A stretch of 64,000 nucleotides of DNA, taken from assembly GCA_020724805.1 (NCBI GenBank), contig DYGI01000001.1, positions 389,152 through 453,151 on the forward strand. The letters are read 5' to 3'. The position numbers and the translations under genes were made by a program. This stretch comes from Candidatus Microgenomatus sp. (lineage in GTDB: Bacteria; Patescibacteriota; Minisyncoccia; UBA6257; GWB1-50-10). Shown here in pieces: positions 56,495-64,000 of the stretch. Below the pieces are notes generated by a model. It was not told the origin of the DNA. It saw only the letters and a list, made by a program, of their open reading frames with translations, and did not search any database. The first letter of the stretch is position 1. Each line of letters opens with the position of its first letter.

Positions 56495-58315
56495 TTATGC
56501 GCTTTCCTTTTCCTCCTTTTTCGCTTTTTTGCGGTCGTTCTCGCTTAAATAGATTTTCCGGATGCGGATGCTTTTCGGCGTGATTTCCACCATCTCATCA
56601 TCGCCGATGTAGGCAAGCGCATCTTCAAGTGAGAGCGTGAGAGGCACATCGAGCGATTCGGCAACTCCTTCATTTTTGGAGCGGAAGTTTGTGAGCTCCT
56701 TCGCTTTGCATACGTTCACCACCACGTCTCCCGACTTCGCGTTTTGCCCCACTACCATGCCTTCATAGACCGGCACGCCGGGACCGATGAAGAGTTTACC
56801 CCGTCCTTGGGCTGTAATAAGACCGAAGCTGTTTGAAGTGCCCGTTTCGGTGGCTACGATGGACCCGCGCGACTCGGCACGTATCTCGCCTTTATATTCC
56901 TCGTACCCAAGGAAAATGCTGTTCATGATGCCAAGCCCTTTCGTATTGGTGAGAAATTCACCCCGCGAACCGATAAGACCGCGCGTGGGGATTACAAAAT
57001 CCATATAAGTATTCCCCCCGTCCACTTTCATGTCCTTCATCACACCCGAGCGCTTCCCCATCATTTCAATGACGGTGCCGGCATACTGTTCTGGCACTTC
57101 CACCGATACAAGCTCCATCGGTTCTTTTTTCTTGCCATCAATTTCCTTGAAGATGACTTGGGGCTTCGAAACCTCGAGCTCGAATCCTTCCCGTCGCATT
57201 TTCTCGACGAGGATTGCGAGGTGAAGTTCGCCGCGCCCGGCTACAATCCAGCGGTCCGCGGACGCGGTCGGCGCCACCATGAGCGCCACGTCCGTTTCGA
57301 GTTCGCGTTCAAGCCGCTCTTTTAGGTTGCGCGAAGTGGTGTATTCCCCTTCCTTCCCTTTGAACGGGGATGTATTCACGCCGAACGTCATTTTAACCGT
57401 CGGCTCGTCGATATGAATGACGGGGAGCGCCACCGGATTTTCCGGATCGGCAATGGTCTCTCCTATAGAAATGTCGGGGATGCCCGCAATCGCCACAATG
57501 TCGCCCGCGTACGCCTCTTCCACATCTACCCTATTCAATCCCTCAAAAAGCATAACGCCGGTAACGGTGCCACGCGCCGATTCTCCCGCACGATTGATGT
57601 GGGTGATTGCCATTCCTTTTTTGAGCGTACCCGCGTAGACCCGCCCCACCGCAAGTTTTCCTTTGTAGTTGTCGTAGGCAAGGTTCACGGTGAGCATTTG
57701 GAGCGGCTCATGCGGGCGCGCTTCCGGCGCGGGAATATATTTCACAATAGCGTCGAAGACCGGCGTAATATCCTTCATCTCAGGAAGTTCATGCGTAAGC
57801 CCCGCCTTTCCCATCGTTGCGGACGCGTAAAGCACTGGGAATTCTATCTGCGCCTCCGTGGCGCCAAGCTCGAAGAAAAGGTCGTACGTGGCGTTCAACA
57901 CCCACGCGGGGCGCGCTGCCGGCTTGTCAATCTTATTGATAACCACGATGACCTTGTGCCCCGCCTCAATGGCTTTCCGCAGCACGAATTTCGTCTGCGG
58001 CATCGGCCCTTCTTTCGCATCCACAAGCAAAAGCACGCCGTCCACCATGCGCATGATGCGCTCCACCTCGCCGCCAAAATCAGCATGACCCGGTGTATCC
58101 ACGATATTTATCTTTATGTCGCCGTGCCGAATGGAAGCATTTTTGGAAAAAATGGTGATACCGCGCTCCCGTTCGAGCTCGTTCGAGTCCATAATAAGTT
58201 CCTGCGCCGCATCGGCTTTAAGCCGAAAGCGGTCGGATTGCTTTAAAAGCGCGTCCACCAAGGTGGTCTTCCCATGGTCAACGTGCGCGATGATTGCGAT
58301 ATTTCTCAGTTCCAT
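56495..58315 (-). CDS. typA: translational GTPase TypA/BipA
   Basis: AHVDHGKTTL, DTPGHADF, NKID, and a BipA-specific C-terminal domain. Confidence 0.9.
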   Translation of the reverse strand: MELRNIAIIAHVDHGKTTLVDALLKQSDRFRLKADAAQELIMDSNELERERGITIFSKNASIRHGDIKINIVDTPGHADFGGEVERIMRMVDGVLLLVDAKEGPMPQTKFVLRKAIEAGHKVIVVINKIDKPAARPAWVLNATYDLFFELGATEAQIEFPVLYASATMGKAGLTHELPEMKDITPVFDAIVKYIPAPEARPHEPLQMLTVNLAYDNYKGKLAVGRVYAGTLKKGMAITHINRAGESARGTVTGVMLFEGLNRVDVEEAYAGDIVAIAGIPDISIGETIADPENPVALPVIHIDEPTVKMTFGVNTSPFKGKEGEYTTSRNLKERLERELETDVALMVAPTASADRWIVAGRGELHLAILVEKMRREGFELEVSKPQVIFKEIDGKKKEPMELVSVEVPEQYAGTVIEMMGKRSGVMKDMKVDGGNTYMDFVIPTRGLIGSRGEFLTNTKGLGIMNSIFLGYEEYKGEIRAESRGSIVATETGTSNSFGLITAQGRGKLFIGPGVPVYEGMVVGQNAKSGDVVVNVCKAKELTNFRSKNEGVAESLDVPLTLSLEDALAYIGDDEMVEITPKSIRIRKIYLSENDRKKAKKEEKESA

Positions 58316-58378
58316 AAAAAATGCCCGCCCCGCGGGTGAGCAACTTCACCATACCACCGATGATGTATACTGTCCAAT

Positions 58379-59242
58379 ATGAATATCAAAATAGTGGTCG
58401 GCGTCATTATCGCGCTCGTTGTAGTTGGTATCGCGGGTAGTTACCTTGAACCGCGCGATTCTATCCGCGCAATTGTGGACCCCCTAAACGCCTCTTATGA
58501 CATCGACGGCGCGCTTGTCACGCTCGCGAGCGGCCATGCTACCCAACGCATGGTATCCGAATCCTCTTCCACGATGGAGGTGAGCGTGTTTGGCAAACCC
58601 ACGTTAGGAGATGTAGATGCCGACGGTGACGATGATGCGGTAGTAATACTGATGGTGAATTTCGGTGGCACTGGAACTTTTTATTACGTAGCGGTAGCCA
58701 CGAATGGAGACACCGGCACAAAAGGTACGAACGCGCTGCTTCTCGGCGATCGCATCGCCCCACAGAACGTGGAGATCAAGAACGGTATTGTCATCGCAAA
58801 CTACGCCGACCGCGCTCCCGGAGAGCCTTTCATAACCCGTCCCTCGGTTGGAACTTCAAAATACGCTGCGCTCCGCAACGGCATGCTCGTGGATCTCTGG
58901 CCGGCGACAAAGCGTGACCTTATTGAGGTTGCTACCATCCATCCGGGCGATATTATTTCCTCGCCGCTTCTCGTCGCGGGCCGTGCGCGCGGCACATGGT
59001 ATTTCGAGGCGAGCTTCCCGGTACGCCTCATAGACCACGATGGGAACAATATTCCTCTTACCCCTCCCTACATCACTGCGAATGGAGAGTGGATGACGAC
59101 CGAGTTTGTCCCTTTCTCCGACACGCTGACCTTCACTCCCCCGCCTTCGGGTACCCGCGGCACCCTCATTTTCCAAAAAGACAACCCCTCGGGCCTCCCA
59201 GAACATGGCGATTCTCTCGAAATTCCCGTCATCTTCCGCTAA
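58379..59242 (+). CDS. N-anchored protein with Gmad2-like Ig domain
   Basis: N-terminal TM. C-terminal GTWYFEASFPVRLIDHDGN...ANGEWMTTEFVPF pattern of GerMN/Gmad2 domains. Confidence 0.5.
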   Translation: MNIKIVVGVIIALVVVGIAGSYLEPRDSIRAIVDPLNASYDIDGALVTLASGHATQRMVSESSSTMEVSVFGKPTLGDVDADGDDDAVVILMVNFGGTGTFYYVAVATNGDTGTKGTNALLLGDRIAPQNVEIKNGIVIANYADRAPGEPFITRPSVGTSKYAALRNGMLVDLWPATKRDLIEVATIHPGDIISSPLLVAGRARGTWYFEASFPVRLIDHDGNNIPLTPPYITANGEWMTTEFVPFSDTLTFTPPPSGTRGTLIFQKDNPSGLPEHGDSLEIPVIFR

Positions 59243-59295
59243 AAGTTATACACCTCCTCGGCGGTACTCGGAGTGTTATACTGTCTCCGTAAAAT

Positions 59296-60057
59296 ATGTT
59301 TGACCTCACAGGAAAGGTGGCATTGGTAACCGGCGCGCGCCGAGGGATGGGCAAGGCGGATGCGCTCGCACTCGCCACGCAGGGAGCGAAGGTAGTGGTC
59401 ACCGATATTGACCTTGCGGAATGCCAATTGGTCGCCGATGAAATTGTGGCGAAAGGCGGTGAGGCGCTCGCCTTAAAAATGGATGTTGCGAACGCCGCAG
59501 ACGTAAATGCAGGGTTCGATGCCACACTCGCAAAGTTCGGCCGCCTCGACATTCTGGTGAATAACGCCGGCATTTTCTCACCCAAATCCTCACTTGAGAT
59601 GACGGAAGCAGATTGGGATCGCACCATCAATATCAACCTTAAAGGCCAGTTCCTGTGCGCTCAGCGTGCCGCGAAGGAAATGGCGAAGAATAAGTGGGGT
59701 CGCATTATAAACATCGCTTCCATCGCCTCGGGCCAGGTGGGAGTGGGCGTCATGGGTGCCGCACACTATACCGCATCCAAAGGCGGCATCATCGGAATGA
59801 CAGAAACGCTTGCAATTGAGTGGGCTCCGCTTGGCATCACCGTGAACGTCATCGGTCCCGGCGCAATAGATACGCCGATGATATCGGGGGCAGGATTTTC
59901 ACAAGAAGCGCTGGCGGAGTTGCTTGCGGGCGTCCCATTGAAACGTATGGGTACGCCGGAGGAAATTGCGGCCGCAGTGGTCTTCCTTGCATCAAACGAA
60001 GCAAGCTACGTGACCGGCGCCACATTCTTTGTGGACGGCGGCTGGCTCGCTCAATAA
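59296..60057 (+). CDS. SDR-family oxidoreductase (FabG-like)
   Basis: TGARRGMG Rossmann motif, NNAG, catalytic YTASK. Confidence 0.85.
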   Translation: MFDLTGKVALVTGARRGMGKADALALATQGAKVVVTDIDLAECQLVADEIVAKGGEALALKMDVANAADVNAGFDATLAKFGRLDILVNNAGIFSPKSSLEMTEADWDRTININLKGQFLCAQRAAKEMAKNKWGRIINIASIASGQVGVGVMGAAHYTASKGGIIGMTETLAIEWAPLGITVNVIGPGAIDTPMISGAGFSQEALAELLAGVPLKRMGTPEEIAAAVVFLASNEASYVTGATFFVDGGWLAQ

Positions 60058-60069
60058 CAAAAACTAGCG

Positions 60070-60100
60070 AAACAAAAAACCGCCTTCGGGGCGGTTTTTT
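60070..60100. terminator. bidirectional intrinsic terminator
   Basis: aaaaaaccgccttcggggcggtttttt between convergent genes. Confidence 0.7.
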
Positions 60101-60129
60101 CTACTGGTGCCACCGACAGGCGACCGGTT

Positions 60130-61035
60130 CTATAGCTGAAGATATCGCCGCGTTGCGATAACCGAGGAAACGATACCGAGCACGATGCAGAAAAGAAGCT
60201 GATAGAGGACAAGTGAAAAGAAATTCGCCTGAAAATAGTCCGAAAGCACGAGCTCCGGGATGAAACGTCCTACATAAGGCGAGAGGAAACTGATGACCGG
60301 AACAAGAATGAGAAATCCTATGATGCCTGCAATGATACCGTATATGATGCCTTCCACCACGTAAGGGCCGCGGATGAACACGTTCGAGGCGCCTACAAGC
60401 CTCATGATGCCGATCTGTTCGCGGTTCGAAAAAATAGCGAGACGAATGGTGTTGAATGTCACCGTGACCGCAAGAAATGCGAGAAATACCGTAAGCGTGA
60501 TACCTCCCTTCTTCATCGTATCAATCAACCCCACAAGGCGATCGATGACCACCTGATTCTGCGCATAGGTCACCTTTTCCACGGTATCGCCGAGGTTCTC
60601 ATTCTCAAGATACGAAGCAATGGCTTCATACTGACTCGGGTCGTTCGCTTTTATGTTGAGTGAAGCAAGCAACGGGTTCTCGTCGAGTTCCGCGAGGGTC
60701 TGCGTGATAGTCTCCTCTCCTTCGTGACGCGCTTTGAATTCCTCGAGGGCCTGCTCGCGCGAAACATATTCCACGCTTTTTACCTCTTCAAGGCCTTCGA
60801 GCGACCGCTTCATATTCAGGATGGTGTCTTCGTCCACTGTACTTTTGAAATACACGCTGATGTCTATCTTCTCCTGAATTGACCCGAGCGCGGTTTTCCC
60901 CATCACGTTGAAAAGAATAAGGCCTTCGAAAACAAGTGCCGCGAGGATCATGATGCTTATCGTGGAGAGCGAAAGCCACCCGTTCCTAAGGAACGCTTGC
61001 CAACCGTATTTCAGTATGCGCGAAAGGGTAACCAT
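60130..61035 (-). CDS. ftsX: cell-division ABC transporter permease FtsX
   Basis: Four-TM FtsX topology, follows ftsE. Confidence 0.8.
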   Translation of the reverse strand: MVTLSRILKYGWQAFLRNGWLSLSTISIMILAALVFEGLILFNVMGKTALGSIQEKIDISVYFKSTVDEDTILNMKRSLEGLEEVKSVEYVSREQALEEFKARHEGEETITQTLAELDENPLLASLNIKANDPSQYEAIASYLENENLGDTVEKVTYAQNQVVIDRLVGLIDTMKKGGITLTVFLAFLAVTVTFNTIRLAIFSNREQIGIMRLVGASNVFIRGPYVVEGIIYGIIAGIIGFLILVPVISFLSPYVGRFIPELVLSDYFQANFFSLVLYQLLFCIVLGIVSSVIATRRYLQL

Positions 61036-61038
61036 AAT

Positions 61039-61719
61039 TTATTCTAAAATGAATCTTCCGTGCTCCTCGTCCTTTATGACGGCTCCGTCATCGAGCGTAA
61101 TAACGCGCTGCCCGATAGTGTTCACCACTTCCTTGTCATGTGTTGCCAGAATGACGGTGCTGCCAAGCTCGTTAATCTTCAAAAGCAATTTTACCACCTC
61201 CCACGTGTTCATGGGGTCCAGGTTCCCGGTAGGTTCATCGGCGATTAAGACATCGGGATGATTTATCATCGCACGCGCGATAGCAACCCGCTGACGCTCC
61301 CCTCCCGAAAGCTCCGCGGGGAACCGCGAGGCCTTTTCCTTGAGCCCCACCATATCCAACACCTGCGGTACGAACTCCATAATGTCCCGCTCGGGCCTCC
61401 CCGCCACCTCGAGCGCAAACGCCACGTTCTCAAAAACCGTTTTCCCTTGGAGAAGGCGGAAATCCTGGAATATGACACCGATGTGACGGCGGAACTCTGG
61501 CAACTCCTTCGGAAGGAGCTTATTCACCTCAAAGGAGCCGAAGAATATCTGACCCTTCGTCGGCTTTTCCTCGCCAATGAGCAATTTGACGATAGTGGAC
61601 TTCCCTGCTCCCGAGCGTCCCACCACGGAGACAAATTCGCCTGGTTGTATCTTAAAGCTGACCTTGTCCAACGCATTGGACTTTCCGTACAGCTTGGTAA
61701 CGTTCTGAAAGATAATCAT
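61039..61719 (-). CDS. ftsE: cell-division ABC transporter ATP-binding protein FtsE
   Basis: Walker A GRSGAGKST, signature LSGGERQRV, Walker B LIADEPT. Confidence 0.9.
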   Translation of the reverse strand: MIIFQNVTKLYGKSNALDKVSFKIQPGEFVSVVGRSGAGKSTIVKLLIGEEKPTKGQIFFGSFEVNKLLPKELPEFRRHIGVIFQDFRLLQGKTVFENVAFALEVAGRPERDIMEFVPQVLDMVGLKEKASRFPAELSGGERQRVAIARAMINHPDVLIADEPTGNLDPMNTWEVVKLLLKINELGSTVILATHDKEVVNTIGQRVITLDDGAVIKDEEHGRFILE

Positions 61720-61778
61720 GGCACCTTACAAATCAAAACTTCCGAAGTTCGGAAGCTTACCCGACCATAATACCACAT

Positions 61779-62477
61779 TTACGTTTTTTCCTCGAGAAGG
61801 TCTAATTCTCCTTCCAGAACCTGCTCCACACGCGAGATTTTCCTGCCCGTTTTGTGGTCTTTTACCTGCTTGTAGGGATGAAGCACGTACGAACGTATTT
61901 CGTGCCCCCACTCAGGCGTCACTTTTGTGGTGAGGTTTGCAATGGATGCTTCATGCTTTTCTTCCATAAGTTTCACGAGTTTGGCTTTCAAAAGTGCGAG
62001 CGCCTTTTCGCGGTTTGCGGCCTGTGAACGCTCCGCACGCGAGGAGGACACAATGCCGGTCGGTAAATGCACGATGCGCACCGCGGTTTCCACCTTATTC
62101 ACGTTCTGGCCACCGGGGCCGCCCGCCCGCGAAAAATCAACCTTCAAATCCTTCTCCGGTATCGCAATATTCCGCGCCTCCATTTCGGGAAGTCCCGGAA
62201 GGACTTCCACTGCCGCGAATGAGGTGTGACGAAGTTTCTTTGCGTCAAAAGGCGAGATTCGTACGAGCCGGTGCACGCCGTTCTCCCCTCTCAAGCGTTC
62301 GTAAGCGCCCTCGCCGCGAATTTCGACCGCGTTGTCGTCTATGATTATCTGTTTCCAATTTTTGAGTTGTGCAAAGCGCCCGTACATCCGGAGGAGCATC
62401 TGTGCCCAATCTTTTGCGTCATCTCCGCCTGCGCCGGCCAATACTGACACGGTCGCTATATTATTGTTGACGTTCAT
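61779..62477 (-). CDS. prfB: peptide chain release factor 2 homolog lacking the N-terminal domain 1
   Basis: SPF motif (RISPFD) and GGQ motif (GGPGGQNVN) with RF2 spacing. The ORF begins about 130 aa into the RF2 fold. An in-frame stop lies 13 codons upstream and tRNA-Thr sits 5 nt away. Confidence 0.7.
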   Translation of the reverse strand: MNVNNNIATVSVLAGAGGDDAKDWAQMLLRMYGRFAQLKNWKQIIIDDNAVEIRGEGAYERLRGENGVHRLVRISPFDAKKLRHTSFAAVEVLPGLPEMEARNIAIPEKDLKVDFSRAGGPGGQNVNKVETAVRIVHLPTGIVSSSRAERSQAANREKALALLKAKLVKLMEEKHEASIANLTTKVTPEWGHEIRSYVLHPYKQVKDHKTGRKISRVEQVLEGELDLLEEKT

Positions 62478-62481
62478 AATG

Positions 62482-62552
62482 AGCCAGTGAGAGGAATCGA
62501 ACCTCCGTCTTCGCTTTACGAAAGCGTTGCTCTGCCATTGAGCTACACTGGC
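62482..62552 (-). tRNA. tRNA-Thr (anticodon CGT)
   Basis: Acceptor GCCAGTG/CACTGGC, D-arm GCTC/GAGC, anticodon loop TTCGTAA, T-arm GGAGG-TTCGATT-CCTCT, discriminator T. Confidence 0.8.
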
Positions 62553-62596
62553 GCGTTCCCATCCTATCCAATCCCATTCACTTTTTCAAACAACAC

Positions 62597-62620
62597 CGCC
62601 CCGATTTGCATCGGGGCGGG
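62597..62620 (-). terminator. hairpin 3' of RNase P RNA
   Basis: ccgccccgat ttgc atcggggcgg perfect 10-bp stem. Confidence 0.5.
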
Positions 62621-62970
62621 AGAAGTATGACATAAGCCGGGTTCTGTCTACGCGACAATTCATCTGGGACCGCGATTGCTCGCGGACTCGAGCGGCACTT
62701 CCTCCGGTTTCCCTCGGGACACGGCCTTGCACTCGGGTAAGGATTTAGCCGTTTCATCTCCGCGTTTCTATCCCTATCGCGGATATGGACCTTTTGGCCT
62801 GGGATCAGGTCCTCCTTCGCCTTTCGACTCGGGACGTTTCTGCTCGCACCTCTATCCTCACGGACGACGGGTGTTACCCGCTACCTTGCTCCTCCATTGC
62901 TGAAGGGAGTGCCCGGACTTTCCTCACTCACGACTTAACGTCGGAGCGCTGTCGCTTGTCATACTTCTAC
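62620..62970 (-). ncRNA. rnpB: RNase P RNA (bacterial rnpB)
   Basis: On the minus strand the P4 strands read GAGGAAAGTCCGGGCACTCCC and ACAGAACCCGGCTTA. P1 pairs GAAGTATGACA with TGTCATACTTC at the two ends. Confidence 0.85.
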
Positions 62971-63025
62971 CCACATCCTACCACAAACTTCTCGAAAAAT
63001 CAACTGTCTTATTTTTATGAACCGT

Positions 63026-63544
63026 TTAATTCACCAAAACGCCGACAAGAACACCGACCGCGACGGCAGCACCTCCAATAAGAAACATGCGAAGAGCTTC
63101 ACGAAGCATAGGCACCCGTGATACGCGAGCAGAAACGGCGCCAAGCGCGAAGAGGGCAAGGAGCGACGCCGCAACCGAAACATAAAGTGCGGTGACTCCT
63201 TCCCAGATCAGATAAGGCACTAGGGGAACAAAACCAGAAACGAAATAGGACACAAACATGATGGCGCCCGCAAGACGCGAATCTCGGTCGCTCGCCACGC
63301 CATGCATATGAAGCACCGCTTCTTCCGCGGAATGCTCCGCAAGAAATGTGCCGACCGACATTGAGAACGCCTCCACAAAGATAAGTACCACTCCGGTGAG
63401 AACGATAGTAGCGCTTGGCGTTCCCACTATGGCAATGCCCGAAAGAAGTCCGACGGTAGAAACCAAACTGTCTTCCACGCCGAACACGAAGTTCCGCATT
63501 ATGAGCATGCGGTGCTCTTTTCTCTCAAAACCCGCTTCGTTCAT
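63026..63544 (-). CDS. VIT1/CCC1-family iron/manganese transporter
   Basis: EDSLVSTVGLLSG block and a C-terminal TM cluster typical of the VIT family. Confidence 0.7.
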   Translation of the reverse strand: MNEAGFERKEHRMLIMRNFVFGVEDSLVSTVGLLSGIAIVGTPSATIVLTGVVLIFVEAFSMSVGTFLAEHSAEEAVLHMHGVASDRDSRLAGAIMFVSYFVSGFVPLVPYLIWEGVTALYVSVAASLLALFALGAVSARVSRVPMLREALRMFLIGGAAVAVGVLVGVLVN

Positions 63545-63793
63545 TTATGATTCGAGTGCTTTCCTTTTTTCCTCGTACTCTTTTTTCTCTATCTCCCCTT
63601 TCGCGTATCGTTCTTTCAGAATATCCATCGCGGACCCCTTGCTGCCACCACAACAATCCCCGTGCCGGTGAGAAAACCAGCGAATTGCCGCGATCACAAG
63701 CCAGATAACCACGAGCCACCAGACCACCATTCCAATCCACCCGAGCCAACCACCGTCCCAACCATATCCTCCCCAATGCATCATGCCGAGCAT
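63545..63793 (-). CDS. SHOCT-domain membrane protein
   Basis: Trp/Gly-rich TM region, then ILKERYAKGEIEKKEYEEKRKAL (SHOCT motif). Confidence 0.7.
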   Translation of the reverse strand: MLGMMHWGGYGWDGGWLGWIGMVVWWLVVIWLVIAAIRWFSHRHGDCCGGSKGSAMDILKERYAKGEIEKKEYEEKRKALES

Positions 63794-64000
63794 AATAATG
63801 TGTATTTATCGCGGGAGCCGACTAAAACTCCCGGTTAACCGAACCATTTCTGAAGCGAAGGGCACATCGCGCTCCAACGCGACACCACCCCCACACCATC
63901 CACTCCCCACACTCTCCCCGCACGCACCGCCGCGAGGAAAAGGAGCGCCGCAGCATAGATGAGGTGTTCGTCCACGATAAAAGCATGGGTGTTCGGATAC

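Overview
High-GC (about 57%), gene-dense bacterial contig. Its large N-anchored surface proteins, cohesin/dockerin modules and a partial dcw cluster fit an uncultured Patescibacteria/CPR-like organism, but this is inference. Core genes: dnaX, ychF, scpAB, a partial cell-wall (dcw-like) cluster S11 carboxypeptidase-mraY-X-ftsW-murG, gltX, two M23 peptidases, femAB-like, secA, rmuC, rpmA, rplI, ctpA, def/fmt, obg, typA, a DEAD-box helicase, ftsEX, an N-terminally truncated prfB, and rnpB (RNase P RNA). Four tRNAs: Gln-TTG, Leu-GAG, Gln-CTG, Thr-CGT. Two low-GC (about 35-45%) islands each lie next to a tRNA-Gln gene. Island A is about 4100-6040 and island B about 49125-53640. Each is bounded on the far side from the tRNA by a shared element of about 130 nt that contains a degenerate tRNA-Gln 3'-end-like core plus conserved hairpins. 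No integrase was found in either island. Island B carries a tight minus-strand operon of a GHKL ATPase, a STAS protein, a TGT-like zinc protein and a PIN nuclease. It also carries an XRE regulator, a PD-(D/E)xK-like protein and a GIY-YIG protein. This is the best candidate for an undescribed system. Other notable items: paired 15-bp inverted-repeat elements with a compensatory change that enclose the start codons of mraY and murG. A D-aminoacylase-like protein with a degenerate metal site sits where murD normally lies. A minus-strand surface-protein cluster (33.2-43.7 kb) includes two cohesin-like proteins, a dockerin protein frameshifted at a 19-nt poly-C tract, and a 1645-aa giant protein. 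An unidentified noncoding stretch of about 560 nt at 2830-3385 ends in a terminator. No CRISPR arrays or transposases were seen.
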